Source of the DNA: Acutalibacteraceae bacterium
GTDB taxonomy: Bacteria > Bacillota > Clostridia > Oscillospirales > Acutalibacteraceae
DNA: 64,000 bases
Assembly: GCA_036309125.1 (NCBI GenBank)
Contig: JAXJUJ010000112.1
Span: 1,552-65,551, forward strand
Direction of reading: 5' to 3'
The notes under the pieces: generated by a model
Database searches by the model: none
What the model was told of the DNA's origin: nothing
Seen by the model: only the letters and a program-made list of their open reading frames with translations
Shown here: piece after piece, positions 44,551 to 55,317 of the stretch
Position numbering within the stretch: the first letter of the stretch is position 1
Layout of the letters: the number at the start of each line of letters is the position of its first letter
Program-made: the position numbers and the translations under genes

Positions 44551-46998
44551 TTAAATGATACTTTCCGGATTGATGTCTATATACACAGATACAGAATTTG
44601 CGAAACCGGAATTGTTATATTCTTCAAGAACCTCTGACATCATTTTTCTGAACATCTTGGAGTTCTTGCACTTAATTATTAAACGATATCTATATTTATT
44701 GCTTATCTTCGAGACACGAGCCGGCATAGGACCCAAAATTATAACTTTCTGATCCATAAAATCACTTTTAAGTTTAATTCTCAAAAATTCAAAAAATTTA
44801 GCTGAAGCTGCATGTACCTTATCATCATTAATGCCTGTAAAACCAACAAGCGCAATGTCACAATAAGGCGGATAGATAAGCATTTTTCTCATCTTTATTT
44901 CAGAATTATAAAACCTGTCATAATCCTGTTCCGAAGCAAAAGAAATAACCTCATTCTCCGGATTCATTGTTTGGATTATAGCCATGCCCTTGTACTTTCC
45001 TCTTCCTGCACGGCCAACTACCTGAGTCAAAAGGTCAAACGTTCGCTCCTGACTTCTATAATCATCGTTATTCAGCTGAACGTCAGCATTAATTACACCA
45101 ACTAATGTAACATTTTCAAAATCCAGCCCTTTAGCAACCATCTGGGTTCCTAATAAAATATCATATTCTCCTTTGGAGAATGCATCAAGCATAACTTCAT
45201 ATGAATGTCGGTTCATAGTACTGTCTGCATCCATTCTAAGCACACGCGCCGAAGGAAACAGTGTAGCTAATTCATCTTCAATCTTTTGCGTACCCGCTCC
45301 TGAATATCTGACATTTTCAGATTCACATTCCGGACATCTGGTAGTAAATGGTTGAGAATGCCCACAGTAATGACACATAATACGCCTGTTCGCGTGATGA
45401 TATGTCATAGAAATGCTGCACGAAGGACATGTAAAAACATAACCGCAAGATTTGCACGAAGCATAAGTGTTATAACCTCTACGATTCATCAGCAGAATCG
45501 ATTGTCTGCCATTTTTTAAATTCAAATCAATAGCATCAAACAAAGCTTTACTGAAATAAGAAGATTCGCTGAGTGCATCCAAACCCATATCAACAACCTT
45601 TACTTCCGGCAAATCTGAGCGAGAAAACCTTTTAGTGAGTTTGTTGATACTGTATCTGCCGTTTAAAGCGTTTGCATAAGTTTCAAAACTCGGAGTAGCG
45701 CTTGACAAAACAGTCAAAGCATTATGATAAGCTGATCTGAAGCGAGCAACTTCTTTAGCATTGTAACGTGGCGACTGTTCTGATTTATAAGTATGCTCCT
45801 GCTCTTCGTCAACAATAATCAATCCCAGATTATCAAAAGGAGCAAATACTGCACTTCTTGTACCGATAACAATGCTTACTTCACCGTTTTTTACACGTTT
45901 CCATTCGTCTGTTCTCTGTCCGGTTGAAAGTGCACTGTGAAATACAGCGATCTTATTTCCATAACGCTTACGAAAAATAGAAATGGTCTGTGGAGTCAAA
46001 GCAATCTCAGGCACCATTACAATTACCTGCTTGTCAATATTCATCATATGGTCAATCAGTTTGAGATAAACCTGCGTCTTACCACTACCTGTAACGCCAT
46101 ATAAGAGCGATACATTACCATTTGATTGAGTAAATTGGTTCAAAAGATTATCATAAGCTACCTGTTGTTCTGAGTTTAAAATAATGTCACTGGCGCAAGC
46201 TACATCCTTATCATAATCATAAGGAGTTCTATATACTTCGTTATCAAATATATCAGCCAGACCTTTTTTTACCAATGCATATACAACAGACGGAGTGTAA
46301 CCTGTGAAATAACAGATTTCTTTAACCGAAGCTGTATCAAGTTCTGCAAGAAGTGTCAGAATCTCACGCTGTTTCTTTGTGATTTTATCGGTTGATTCGA
46401 GCTTAGCGATACCTTCACAGTTGATTCTTACCATTTTAACAGTAAGATCACCGGCTCTTCGTACAGAATCATAGTTTCTGAACAGCAAGCCTTTTGAAGT
46501 CATCTTTTCAAGTATAGACAAATCAGGAATAAACCCGAGTGTTTTTAAAACTTTTTCACCGTCAACGTATACTTTAGCATCTTTAATATATTCGTAAATT
46601 TGCTTTATATCCGCATCACAATCAGAAAGATCTGCATCAAGAACAGCAGCATATGTAGTAACTACCTTATGACACATTCCTGCAGGAAGGATAGTTTTAG
46701 CCGCGTCAAAAAGCGTACAAAAGGTACGCTCCTTTAGCCACTCAACCAACATAATCATCTCTTCTGAAAGAATCGGTTCAAAATCTATAACCTGAGAAAC
46801 TTTTTTTAACTTATGATTACTACTATCAGCAGCACTTACACTCATTACTATGCCCTGTCTGCATTTATTTCCTTTTCCGAAAGGTACAATAACTCTGCAT
46901 CCGGGCTTTACAGTATTGTCAGCAAGGTAGTCATATGCTTTATCAAATGACATAGCAGAATTTTCAATTGCAACTGAAACAATTCTGTTATCTGACAT
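44551..46998 (-). CDS. priA: primosomal replication restart helicase PriA
   Basis: 815 aa. GVTGSGKT Walker A, DEEQ, and zinc-binding cysteine cluster CKSCG...CPSC...CHYCG...CPEC. Confidence 0.95.
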   Translation of the reverse strand: MSDNRIVSVAIENSAMSFDKAYDYLADNTVKPGCRVIVPFGKGNKCRQGIVMSVSAADSSNHKLKKVSQVIDFEPILSEEMIMLVEWLKERTFCTLFDAAKTILPAGMCHKVVTTYAAVLDADLSDCDADIKQIYEYIKDAKVYVDGEKVLKTLGFIPDLSILEKMTSKGLLFRNYDSVRRAGDLTVKMVRINCEGIAKLESTDKITKKQREILTLLAELDTASVKEICYFTGYTPSVVYALVKKGLADIFDNEVYRTPYDYDKDVACASDIILNSEQQVAYDNLLNQFTQSNGNVSLLYGVTGSGKTQVYLKLIDHMMNIDKQVIVMVPEIALTPQTISIFRKRYGNKIAVFHSALSTGQRTDEWKRVKNGEVSIVIGTRSAVFAPFDNLGLIIVDEEQEHTYKSEQSPRYNAKEVARFRSAYHNALTVLSSATPSFETYANALNGRYSINKLTKRFSRSDLPEVKVVDMGLDALSESSYFSKALFDAIDLNLKNGRQSILLMNRRGYNTYASCKSCGYVFTCPSCSISMTYHHANRRIMCHYCGHSQPFTTRCPECESENVRYSGAGTQKIEDELATLFPSARVLRMDADSTMNRHSYEVMLDAFSKGEYDILLGTQMVAKGLDFENVTLVGVINADVQLNNDDYRSQERTFDLLTQVVGRAGRGKYKGMAIIQTMNPENEVISFASEQDYDRFYNSEIKMRKMLIYPPYCDIALVGFTGINDDKVHAASAKFFEFLRIKLKSDFMDQKVIILGPMPARVSKISNKYRYRLIIKCKNSKMFRKMMSEVLEEYNNSGFANSVSVYIDINPESII

Positions 46999-47025
46999 AC
47001 CCTACCCTCCCGGAATACTCAAAAA

Positions 47026-47259
47026 TTATAAGTTTTTAATCTCATCTGGCTCGATGATCTTGTACTTACCTTCAATGATTTCATCAATAGCAATACTTAC
47101 CGGTTTTTCAACGAGAATAATTCCGTCATTCTCAGCTTCCTCTGAAATTTCGCGAGCGCGTTTAGCTGTTGCTCTGACCAAAGAATAACGGCTCATATGG
47201 TTAGAAAGTACTGAACTAAGGTCAGGATTAAACTTGAATTTTTTGTTCTGATCAAACAT
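47026..47259 (-). CDS. rpoZ: DNA-directed RNA polymerase omega subunit
   Basis: 77 aa. SRYSLVRATAKRAREI motif. Immediately downstream of gmk. Confidence 0.85.
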   Translation of the reverse strand: MFDQNKKFKFNPDLSSVLSNHMSRYSLVRATAKRAREISEEAENDGIILVEKPVSIAIDEIIEGKYKIIEPDEIKNL

Positions 47260-47864
47260 TATTTATTTACCTCACTTAAAATATTCTTTCTTCTGCTTAC
47301 TTTAAGCTGTTCAGCAGAAATAATAGTCTTAATATCATCAACGGCTGACTCAAGGTCATCGTTAACTACAACGTAATCATACTCAGAAATTCTGGCAAGT
47401 TCTTCACACGCAATATTAAGTCTTCGTCTTACATCCTCATCATCTTCACTGCCTCTGCCTCTGAGTCTCTTCTCCAACACTTCCATACTGGGAGGTGTCA
47501 GGAAAATACTGACTGCATCAGGATACATTTTTCTAACATTTCCTGCTCCCTGTACTTCAATTTTAAGTACAACAATTTTACCTTCAGCAAGCCAATTATC
47601 AACCGGCATTTTGGGTGTGCCATAAAAGTTATTACCGTACTTTGCATGCTCTAACATTTTTCCGTCATTAATTTCCGAACAGAAAAATTCTTCAGTAACG
47701 AATATGTAATCAACTCCGTCTCGTTCACCGTCACGAGGCTTTCTTGTAGTCATTGAGACTGACTGTACAAGACCTATATCCAGCTTAAATAACTCAGCAA
47801 GAACAGTATCTTTGCCAGAACCCGAAGGACCTGAAAGTACAACAAGCATACCATTATTGAGCAT
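47259..47864 (-). CDS. gmk: guanylate kinase
   Basis: P-loop [20 protein letters not shown] and Y.GT motifs. The ORF-track start at 47951 would overlap remA, so MLNNGML at 47864 (or 47873) is preferred. Confidence 0.9.
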   Translation of the reverse strand: MLNNGMLVVLSGPSGSGKDTVLAELFKLDIGLVQSVSMTTRKPRDGERDGVDYIFVTEEFFCSEINDGKMLEHAKYGNNFYGTPKMPVDNWLAEGKIVVLKIEVQGAGNVRKMYPDAVSIFLTPPSMEVLEKRLRGRGSEDDEDVRRRLNIACEELARISEYDYVVVNDDLESAVDDIKTIISAEQLKVSRRKNILSEVNK

Positions 47865-48123
47865 CTTCCTCATCCTCCTCGTAATCCTTTTCTTCATCAA
47901 GCCTGTTCGCAACAGTTTCCGCCTGAAGATACGTAAGAATAACCTGATCACAATCAGTTATAATTACAGCACGAGTGCGTCGACCATGTGTCGCATCAAT
48001 CAATGTACCGTTTTCTTTGCAAACCTGTATAATTCTTTTTATAGGAGCAGACTCCGGGCTGATTATAGCGATTATTCTCTCAGCGTTGACCATATTACCG
48101 AAGCCGATGTTTATAAGTTTCAT
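47854..48123 (-). CDS. remA: RemA/DUF370 family regulator
   Basis: 89 aa. [30 protein letters not shown]... is highly characteristic of RemA. Acidic tail. Confidence 0.85.
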   Translation of the reverse strand: MKLINIGFGNMVNAERIIAIISPESAPIKRIIQVCKENGTLIDATHGRRTRAVIITDCDQVILTYLQAETVANRLDEEKDYEEDEEDAQ

Positions 48124-48134
48124 AGCCGATCCCC

Positions 48135-49013
48135 TTACTCGATATTCTGTACCTGCTCACGTATCTTTTCAACTTCAGACTTTATATCAAGGACGCAACG
48201 AGCAATATCAACATCACAAGCTTTAGAACCTATAGTGTTGGCCTCACGGTTAATTTCCTGTACAAGAAAATCCATTTTTCTACCGATCGGTTCATCAGAT
48301 TCAAAGAAACTTTTAAGCTGCTCGATATGACTTCTGAGTCTGACAGTTTCCTCGGCTACTGCAACTTTATCAGCATAAACTGCAGCCTCAGTAAGTATAC
48401 GTGTTTCGTCAATATTTACTGAGCCAAGGACGTCTTGCATTCGGGCAAGCAACTTCTGTGTATACTCTTTTACAGTTTCAGGCGAACGAGATTCAACAAA
48501 AGCGACCTTGTCGAGAATAACATCAGCACGTGAACAAATATCATCACGAAGCTTCTCACCCTCAACACCACGCATTGAAATAAACTTGTCCACTGCAATT
48601 TCTGCAACTGTTTTCACTGCATTCCAGATTTTTTCTTCATCAGCTTCTTCTTTTCTGATGAGTAAAACATCATTGAATCTTGCGAGAATACCTGAATTAA
48701 GATTATTATCTATTCCATATACTGATGAAAGTTCTTCAAAAGCTTTTACGTAACCTTTCGCAAGTGAATGATTAATTTCAACCACTACACTGTCATCTTC
48801 AAGATTGTCGACCTGAACATAGCATTCAATTTTACCTCTTGAAACTCTGGACTGAACATAGCTCTTAAGTTTCTCGTCCAGAAAGCCGTAAATACGGGGT
48901 GTTCTTGACGAAAAATCAAAATATCTGTGATTGACACTTTTAATTTCAACAGTTATGTTCATCGACTCAACAGCCTGCTGATGACGACCATAACCTGTCA
49001 TACTTTTAACCAT
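48135..49013 (-). CDS. yicC: YicC family stress-induced protein / endoribonuclease
   Basis: 292 aa. SMTGYG start, SVNHRY and [12 protein letters not shown] motifs. Confidence 0.9.
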   Translation of the reverse strand: MVKSMTGYGRHQQAVESMNITVEIKSVNHRYFDFSSRTPRIYGFLDEKLKSYVQSRVSRGKIECYVQVDNLEDDSVVVEINHSLAKGYVKAFEELSSVYGIDNNLNSGILARFNDVLLIRKEEADEEKIWNAVKTVAEIAVDKFISMRGVEGEKLRDDICSRADVILDKVAFVESRSPETVKEYTQKLLARMQDVLGSVNIDETRILTEAAVYADKVAVAEETVRLRSHIEQLKSFFESDEPIGRKMDFLVQEINREANTIGSKACDVDIARCVLDIKSEVEKIREQVQNIE

Positions 49014-49025
49014 ATTTATACCTCA

Positions 49026-49394
49026 TTATTTTCCTTTACAGCAACTTCCCTGAAGAAGAGTCGGAATATCTCCTGATAATACACCGTTAGTTTTTTCAAA
49101 TCCGAGTGTTTGTGCAACAGCAACTCCCGACTCAGCAAGATAATCAGCTAAATATACGCTTCGATTACCACCGTAATTTAGTGCGCTTCTGATAAGACCT
49201 TCAATAGTCTCAGGATCATCATCATACGCATCAACATAAACTATCTCCATAGAATAACCCTTAAGTCTGAAAGCACATTTTCCGCATTCTCTGCCATTGT
49301 CAGAAAGATCGAATCCCAAGTATCCGTTAAGAGAATCGTCACTTTCAAACGGTTTACCTAATTCTTTATTGCTGACCGGTAAAAATTTAAGCAT
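49026..49394 (-). CDS. hypothetical protein
   Basis: 122-aa ORF, compact spacing within the operon. No motif recognised. Confidence 0.5.
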   Translation of the reverse strand: MLKFLPVSNKELGKPFESDDSLNGYLGFDLSDNGRECGKCAFRLKGYSMEIVYVDAYDDDPETIEGLIRSALNYGGNRSVYLADYLAESGVAVAQTLGFEKTNGVLSGDIPTLLQGSCCKGK

Positions 49395-49405
49395 CTGATT
49401 CGCTC

Positions 49406-50149
49406 CTAAAATTTATTTACACGCATTCCTGAAGAAACTTTAAGTTTGTGAACCTCATCCTCAGTAAGATTGCGCCACTTGCCCTGAGGAAGCATACCAA
49501 GCTTAATCGAACCGATATGCGTTCTTTTAAGACGTGCAACTTCCAAACCAAGCTCCTCGCACATACGACGTATCTGACGATTTCTACCTTCATGAAGAAT
49601 TATCTCAAGAACCACTCTGTTTTCAGATTTATCAATAATATGAGCTTCCGCAGGAGCCGTCCTTTTACCGTCAATTACTATACCTTCGTTAAACGAAAAA
49701 AGCTGATCTTCATTTACATCCGGTCGTACTGTTACACGATAAGTTTTGGGAACGTGTTTTGACGGATGAGTCAAGTGATTAGCAAAATCACCATCATTTG
49801 TCATCAGAAGCAAGCCTTCAGAATCTCTGTCAAGACGCCCAACGGGATAGACACGTGCTCCTACATCTTTAACAAGTTCAGCTACACACTTTCGGCCCAT
49901 CTCATCTTCCATTGTTGTGATATAGCCTCTTGGTTTGTGAAGCATTATGTAATAATGTTTCTTTGAAGACACAATCTTCTTGCCGCTGACTGTAACAGTA
50001 TCCTTTTTAGGATTGATTTTATCACCAAGACCTGCCACTTTACCGTTAACTTTTACCTTACCTGAAAGTATAAGTTCTTCGGATTTTCTTCTTGACGCAA
50101 CAGCGCATTGCGACAAATACTTTTGAAGCCTGATTCTATCATCAGTCAT
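49406..50149 (-). CDS. rluB: pseudouridine synthase, RsuA/RluB family
   Basis: 247 aa. S4 domain (RLQKYLSQCAVASRR), catalytic GRLDRDSEGLLL and NRQIRRM. Confidence 0.85.
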   Translation of the reverse strand: MTDDRIRLQKYLSQCAVASRRKSEELILSGKVKVNGKVAGLGDKINPKKDTVTVSGKKIVSSKKHYYIMLHKPRGYITTMEDEMGRKCVAELVKDVGARVYPVGRLDRDSEGLLLMTNDGDFANHLTHPSKHVPKTYRVTVRPDVNEDQLFSFNEGIVIDGKRTAPAEAHIIDKSENRVVLEIILHEGRNRQIRRMCEELGLEVARLKRTHIGSIKLGMLPQGKWRNLTEDEVHKLKVSSGMRVNKF

Positions 50150-50164
50150 TATAAAACTCCTTTA

Positions 50165-51229
50165 TTATCTTTGCATAACACTTTCTGTAATAACAATCGG
50201 TTTGACGATCTTCAACTCATCACCTAAATAGTAATCACAATGACCAACCACTGTGCCTTTACTGACAGGAGCATAAGCAAATTTTTCCAGATAAATTCTA
50301 CAGTGTAGATTTTTCATCTTCGAGAAGGCGTAACTAAACTTCTCTGAAAAAATCTCTACTGAATCCATGTTGCCGCCTACAACAGAAATTTCATCGGGTA
50401 GCTCAGGTGAAATTTCTTCATACTCAGATACCGAAAAAGCATAATCAAACATAAGCATATGATCATTCCAATCATCCGGTGCATTCAGCGTAACAGCAAC
50501 AAATTCTGCAGAATCTTTTTTAGCATACGAGACAAGACAGCGACCACTCTTTTTAGTGAAACCGGTTTTAATTCCCAATGCATAATCATAGTTACCAAGC
50601 AACTTATTATGATTATACAGAGTACGCAAATATGGAGGATTTCCGAACGATACTGTTGCCTTTTGTGATGAACACACCGAAACGAACTTAGGATTACGAA
50701 CCGCAAAAGAGCCCAAAAGAGCCATATCATAAGCAGTAGAGTAATGCTCATCATCATCAAGTCCGGATGCTGTAACAAAATTGGTGTTATTCATACCGAG
50801 CTGCTCAGCGCGTTCGTTCATCATTAATGCAAATTTTTCAGTACTTTTTCCTAAAAATATGGCAGTAGCATTAGCAGCATCGTTACCTGAAGGCAACATC
50901 ATACCGTAAACCAACTCATCCAATGAAACAGAATCACCAGGAAGAAGACCCATCGATGTACCTTCAACTTTTGACATTATTTCACTGATGATAATCTCGC
51001 TCTGCAATTTGCCTGATTCTATCGCAATCAAAGAGGTCATAATCTTAGTAGTGCTAGCCATAGAACGCCTCTTATCGGGATTTTTTGAGAAAAGAACCTC
51101 ACCGGTTTGAACGTTCATAACAACAGCACACTCAGCCGACACAGAATCAGCTGTTAAAGCAGACACTCTCAGCGTACAAACAGAAAACATTAACAAAAAT
51201 GATATTATTTTTTTAACCAAACCAATCAC
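50165..51229 (-). CDS. D-alanyl-D-alanine carboxypeptidase (PBP5/DacB-like)
   Basis: 354 aa. Signal peptide, SMASTTKIMT (SxxK), SGND (SxN) and KTGFT (KTG) motifs. Confidence 0.9.
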   Translation of the reverse strand: MIGLVKKIISFLLMFSVCTLRVSALTADSVSAECAVVMNVQTGEVLFSKNPDKRRSMASTTKIMTSLIAIESGKLQSEIIISEIMSKVEGTSMGLLPGDSVSLDELVYGMMLPSGNDAANATAIFLGKSTEKFALMMNERAEQLGMNNTNFVTASGLDDDEHYSTAYDMALLGSFAVRNPKFVSVCSSQKATVSFGNPPYLRTLYNHNKLLGNYDYALGIKTGFTKKSGRCLVSYAKKDSAEFVAVTLNAPDDWNDHMLMFDYAFSVSEYEEISPELPDEISVVGGNMDSVEIFSEKFSYAFSKMKNLHCRIYLEKFAYAPVSKGTVVGHCDYYLGDELKIVKPIVITESVMQR

Positions 51230-51275
51230 CTGCCTGTAAATAATATGCAGACAGGGGTTGTTTGTATTATTTTAA

Positions 51276-51695
51276 TTACTCAATTTCTTCAAAAACAGAG
51301 TCAACTACCTCAGTAGTTTTATCTGCTTTAAACTTTGTAACAACGTCAGTAACCTTGTTAACCATATCAGGCACCATACTGATGATTCTTTCAGCAGAAT
51401 TCTCAGCACCCTCTGATATGTACTTAACACTTACATCGCCGTCTTTAATTACAAGAAAAGCAACCGGAGAAATTGTAACACCGGCACCGCCGCCACCACC
51501 GAAAAGTTCCTTTGAAGTCTTTGTCGGGAAATCAGAACCACCTGAAGCAAATCCATAAGTTACCTTAGAAATAGGAATAATCTTAATTCCCTCACCTGCA
51601 TCGATAGTATCACCGATGATTGTCTGGCAATCAACCATTTCCTTAATTCTGTCAATAGCTGTTGCTAAAATTCCTGATGCTGACTGATCTTTCAT
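51276..51695 (-). CDS. ytfJ: sporulation protein YtfJ (GerW family)
   Basis: 139 aa. Conserved glycine-rich GGGGGAGVTISPVAFLVI segment typical of YtfJ. Confidence 0.85.
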   Translation of the reverse strand: MKDQSASGILATAIDRIKEMVDCQTIIGDTIDAGEGIKIIPISKVTYGFASGGSDFPTKTSKELFGGGGGAGVTISPVAFLVIKDGDVSVKYISEGAENSAERIISMVPDMVNKVTDVVTKFKADKTTEVVDSVFEEIE

Positions 51696-52396
51696 TGTTC
51701 TTGTCCGCCTTTCAAATTATTATTTTTCTTCTTAGCTTTTAAATATACAAGCAAAGCCTTTACAAGCCTTACTACAATCCGGAATACGAATGCTATACCG
51801 GCATTGATTACACTTCTTGGAATAAGAGCAATCTTAGTCTCAAATTCACCTTTTGTTTTAGATCCGCAGTAATCTGCCCAGATATTCACGTCATAATTTT
51901 TAACGTGACACGAAGTACATATAAATCCCAACGGTGGGTAAATCATCTGACAGAATTTACCGTACTTTATGGCAGTTTGAGCAGCATCACCCTCTGTTAC
52001 CCAAATTCTTAAATTAAGCTTTCTGATGTAAATACTTTTTAGAAAACCTTTGGTAAATTTCCCAAGGTAAGATGCACAGTTATTAATTAACTCGACTATA
52101 CCTGAAACACCCTGATCCTCATAAAAAATCTTTATAGGATTATCCTTTTTAGGAGCAATCTCATCAGGCTTTTCATCAGAATCAATTGTGTTCTGCTTCT
52201 TTTCCTCCTTAGGTTTCTTTTGCTTTTTATTTTTCTTCTTTTTATTTTCATCCTTCGGCAAAATTTTAATTTTTATAAAAAGCCAGGACACGGTTAACTT
52301 AAAAGTATCCGTATACTCCATATCAAGAACTACCGGAACGCTTAAAATTGCAATAAAAAACAAAACAATACCTAGAATTATGTACAAGGCTGTCAC
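51692..52396 (-). CDS. DUF2953 (YtfI-like) protein
   Basis: 234 aa. N-terminal TM segment and a Lys-rich linker. Lies upstream of and overlapping ytfJ, as in the Bacillus ytfI-ytfJ pair. Confidence 0.65.
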   Translation of the reverse strand: MTALYIILGIVLFFIAILSVPVVLDMEYTDTFKLTVSWLFIKIKILPKDENKKKKNKKQKKPKEEKKQNTIDSDEKPDEIAPKKDNPIKIFYEDQGVSGIVELINNCASYLGKFTKGFLKSIYIRKLNLRIWVTEGDAAQTAIKYGKFCQMIYPPLGFICTSCHVKNYDVNIWADYCGSKTKGEFETKIALIPRSVINAGIAFVFRIVVRLVKALLVYLKAKKKNNNLKGGQEQ

Positions 52397-52407
52397 AGAC
52401 CCACCTC

Positions 52408-53037
52408 CTATTCAACAGTTTCAACTACCTGGATTTCACCTGTAATAGTCATATTTTCAATTATCTTACCATCATCAAGATTTATCTCAAGCTGATTAGG
52501 TAATTCGTCATTTTTGGGCATATCCTCATGATCGGGCAATTCCGGAAGTTCAGACAGATTATTAACACAAAAACATTTAAGAAACTCCGGTGTTGTACCG
52601 TAAATCAACGGTCGACCCGGTAACTCAAGCCTTCCTCGCTCTTCGATTAATCCCTTCAGAATAAGTGTCTGAATAACACCCGAACAGTCAACTCCCCTGA
52701 CCTGCTCTATAAAAGCCTTAGTTACAGGCTGATTATATGCAATAACTGCAAGTACTTCAAATGCAGCATTTGAAAGTGGAGCATTCTTTTTGATCTCAAG
52801 TACAGCCCTGACTTGTTGAGCATATTCCTGGCGAGTACATAATTGATACAAATTGTCCATCTTCACAAGACAAATACCGCCATTAAATTCATCAAGATTT
52901 CTTTTAAGCTCAAGTAAAATAGACTCAACCATTTCCTTTTCTATCTCAAGAGATTCAGCAATTCTGTCAATTTCAAGCGGCTCACCGGCAGCGAAAAGAA
53001 TCGCCTCAACCGCTGCATGCAAATCATTCATTTTCAT
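52408..53037 (-). CDS. scpB: segregation and condensation protein B
   Basis: AVEAILFAAGEPL and ITKAFIEQVRGVDCSGVIQTLILKGLIEE.GR...PGRP..YGTT motifs. The start is placed at MKMNDL, overlapping the scpA stop. Confidence 0.9.
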   Translation of the reverse strand: MKMNDLHAAVEAILFAAGEPLEIDRIAESLEIEKEMVESILLELKRNLDEFNGGICLVKMDNLYQLCTRQEYAQQVRAVLEIKKNAPLSNAAFEVLAVIAYNQPVTKAFIEQVRGVDCSGVIQTLILKGLIEERGRLELPGRPLIYGTTPEFLKCFCVNNLSELPELPDHEDMPKNDELPNQLEINLDDGKIIENMTITGEIQVVETVE

Positions 53038-53776
53038 CTGCGTAGTGTTCCTCCACATCAAAATTAATATTAGAATCTACCATCTCAACCTCAAGATCAC
53101 CTTCAACTTCAGTCAAGACAATCTTCTTATCCTTTGTAAGTGATAGCAAAGCAAGAAAAGTTGCAACCATTTCCGAGCGAGATTCAGCTTTTTCAAAAAA
53201 GGTCCTGAATCGCTGTTTTTTACCCCTAAACAACTTGTCCATTATAAAACCTACACGTTCTTTAATCGGAACAATTTTATGAGCAACTATTCCTGAAAAA
53301 GCTTCAATCGGCGGTGGTAAGTTTCTTTTACCTCTGCCTACTGCAGCAATATATGCCTTAAGCAGCTCAAAGGGTTCATGAAGTCTGGTATATGTCATAT
53401 CAGGTGCGAACTTTTCAGGTTTTCTTGAAATAAAATCAAAGCCTTCAGCCTTTTCCGAAAGTTTCTGTGCCATAAGTTTACAATCTTTATACTCTGAAAG
53501 TTCACCCTGAAGTTCATTTTTCAGAGCGTCAGCTTCTTCTTCATGAACAGGTAATAACGATACTGTCTTGATGTAAACAAGTCTAGCAGCCATTTCAAGA
53601 AATTCACTGGCTATTTCCATATCCTCTTCCTGCATCTGTCTGACATAGTCAAGATATTGCTCCACCAGCAAGAGAATAGGAATATCATTAATATCAATTT
53701 TATGCTTACTTATCAGATGAAGCAAAAGATCCATTGGACCTTCAAAAACATCAAGTTTATAGGAAATAGCTTCCAT
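53024..53776 (-). CDS. scpA: segregation and condensation protein A
   Basis: 250 aa. FEGPMDLLLHLI and VATFLALLSL motifs. Confidence 0.9.
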   Translation of the reverse strand: MEAISYKLDVFEGPMDLLLHLISKHKIDINDIPILLLVEQYLDYVRQMQEEDMEIASEFLEMAARLVYIKTVSLLPVHEEEADALKNELQGELSEYKDCKLMAQKLSEKAEGFDFISRKPEKFAPDMTYTRLHEPFELLKAYIAAVGRGKRNLPPPIEAFSGIVAHKIVPIKERVGFIMDKLFRGKKQRFRTFFEKAESRSEMVATFLALLSLTKDKKIVLTEVEGDLEVEMVDSNINFDVEEHYADENE

Positions 53777-53786
53777 AAATTACTCC

Positions 53787-54461
53787 TTAAAAAATGAGTG
53801 TGAAAAAAGATTTAAAAAGATTAAAAACAAAATTCGATAAAAGTGAAAGCGGAGTTGAAAGAAGTCCTGTAAATAATAAGAACATAATTCCGATTACAAT
53901 GTATCTTTCGTATTTCATTACTGCAAAATAATACTTTGTAGGCAATACTGCAAAAAGTATCCTGGAGCCGTCAAGCGGTGGTACAGGAATCAGGTTAAAA
54001 ACAGCAAGATTTATATTAATAGACGTAATGAAATAAAGGAAATAATATAATGAACTTCCTATAATTGTAGTTAACCCGAGAAACTTAAGAGAGAGAAACA
54101 TACAGAACATAGATATGAATGCCAAAATAAGATTTGAGACAGGACCCGCAAGAGCAATTAATGCCATTGCAAACTTCTTATTTTTCATCTTAACATTTCT
54201 AATATTTACCGGTACAGGCTCAGCATAACCGAATCCAACAAGCAGAATCATTAAAGCTCCTATCCAATTGATATGGGCAAACGGATTGATTGTGAGTCTT
54301 CCCTTCAGCCTGGCAGTATTATCACCAAGCTTATAAGCAATCAATGCATGTGCAAACTCGTGTATCGGTGACGTACAGAAAATAACAAATGCAACCGAAG
54401 AAACACGAATTATAAGATCAACAATATCAAAACTTTCGCCACGTAAAATACTTAAAAGCAT
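53787..54461 (-). CDS. site-2 protease (M50) family membrane metalloprotease
   Basis: 224 aa. HEFAHAL zinc motif in a TM segment and the downstream NLIPVPPLDG motif. Confidence 0.85.
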   Translation of the reverse strand: MLLSILRGESFDIVDLIIRVSSVAFVIFCTSPIHEFAHALIAYKLGDNTARLKGRLTINPFAHINWIGALMILLVGFGYAEPVPVNIRNVKMKNKKFAMALIALAGPVSNLILAFISMFCMFLSLKFLGLTTIIGSSLYYFLYFITSININLAVFNLIPVPPLDGSRILFAVLPTKYYFAVMKYERYIVIGIMFLLFTGLLSTPLSLLSNFVFNLFKSFFTLIF

Positions 54462-54471
54462 AACTACTCCT

Positions 54472-55317
54472 TTACTTAAAAGCTGTCACTATTCTTTGTA
54501 AATTATTAAAATCATAATGAATGCTTGAGTCATCAGTGAAACGTGAAAACATAGATAAAATATAATCACCCTGATCTTCAGCACACTCGAGCATCATAGC
54601 TGAATTTTCAGGCAAATACTCACCAAACCAATATCCGCAAAGGAATCTGTAAAAGTCATATCCATCATTTCCACCATCAAGCGCTGTCACAGGTTCATGT
54701 AACACCTCAGTCTGGAGAAATTTAAGATCATCCTTCCTGATGTAAGGTGGATTAGATACAATCAGATCAGGTAAAATGCCTGACAATACATTTTTATCGA
54801 ACAAATCGCCTTTAATAGGTATAACATTGTCTGCATGATTATGTTCAATATTTTTTTTAAGATAAGAAAAGGCCTTATCATATTTCTCAACAGCGAACAC
54901 TTTTGAATTTTTAAATGATTTAGCTACGCTGACAGCAATACAGCCAGAACCGGAACACATATCAACCACGACGGGATCTTCTTTATCTTTTAAAAATTCA
55001 CACGCCAGTTCAACGAGCTGCTCAGTTTCAGGTCTTGGTATAAGCACACCATCACCTACATAAAATTCATTGCCCATAAACTCCCATTTGCCAAGGAGAT
55101 ACTGCAAAGGAATTCCACTGATTCTGTTTTTAATAAGTTCATTGTAATGTTCCGAGATATGACTGTTTATATTTTCTGACCGCAACATAAAGTACTGAGT
55201 TGTGTCAACATTTAATGCATATTCCAACAAACATCTTGCATCAAACTCAGCATCTTCGATTCCGGCATTCTCAAGTAAAACAACCGATTTCCTATAAAGT
55301 TCATTTACAGTCATCAT
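54472..55317 (-). CDS. prmC: release factor glutamine N5-methyltransferase
   Basis: 281 aa. DMCSGSGCI SAM motif and NPPY catalytic motif. Confidence 0.9.
   Translation of the reverse strand: MMTVNELYRKSVVLLENAGIEDAEFDARCLLEYALNVDTTQYFMLRSENINSHISEHYNELIKNRISGIPLQYLLGKWEFMGNEFYVGDGVLIPRPETEQLVELACEFLKDKEDPVVVDMCSGSGCIAVSVAKSFKNSKVFAVEKYDKAFSYLKKNIEHNHADNVIPIKGDLFDKNVLSGILPDLIVSNPPYIRKDDLKFLQTEVLHEPVTALDGGNDGYDFYRFLCGYWFGEYLPENSAMMLECAEDQGDYILSMFSRFTDDSSIHYDFNNLQRIVTAFK

Noticed and set aside
47865-47951. N-terminal extension of gmk ([29 protein letters not shown])
   Set aside because: The extension overlaps the remA coding region in another frame and is Arg/Lys-rich junk. Guanylate kinases begin a few residues before the P-loop, so the start was moved to 47864.
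47812-48330. 172-aa and 83-aa plus-strand ORFs across gmk/remA/yicC
   Set aside because: They are antisense to three strongly supported, tightly packed minus-strand genes, and no motif is present.
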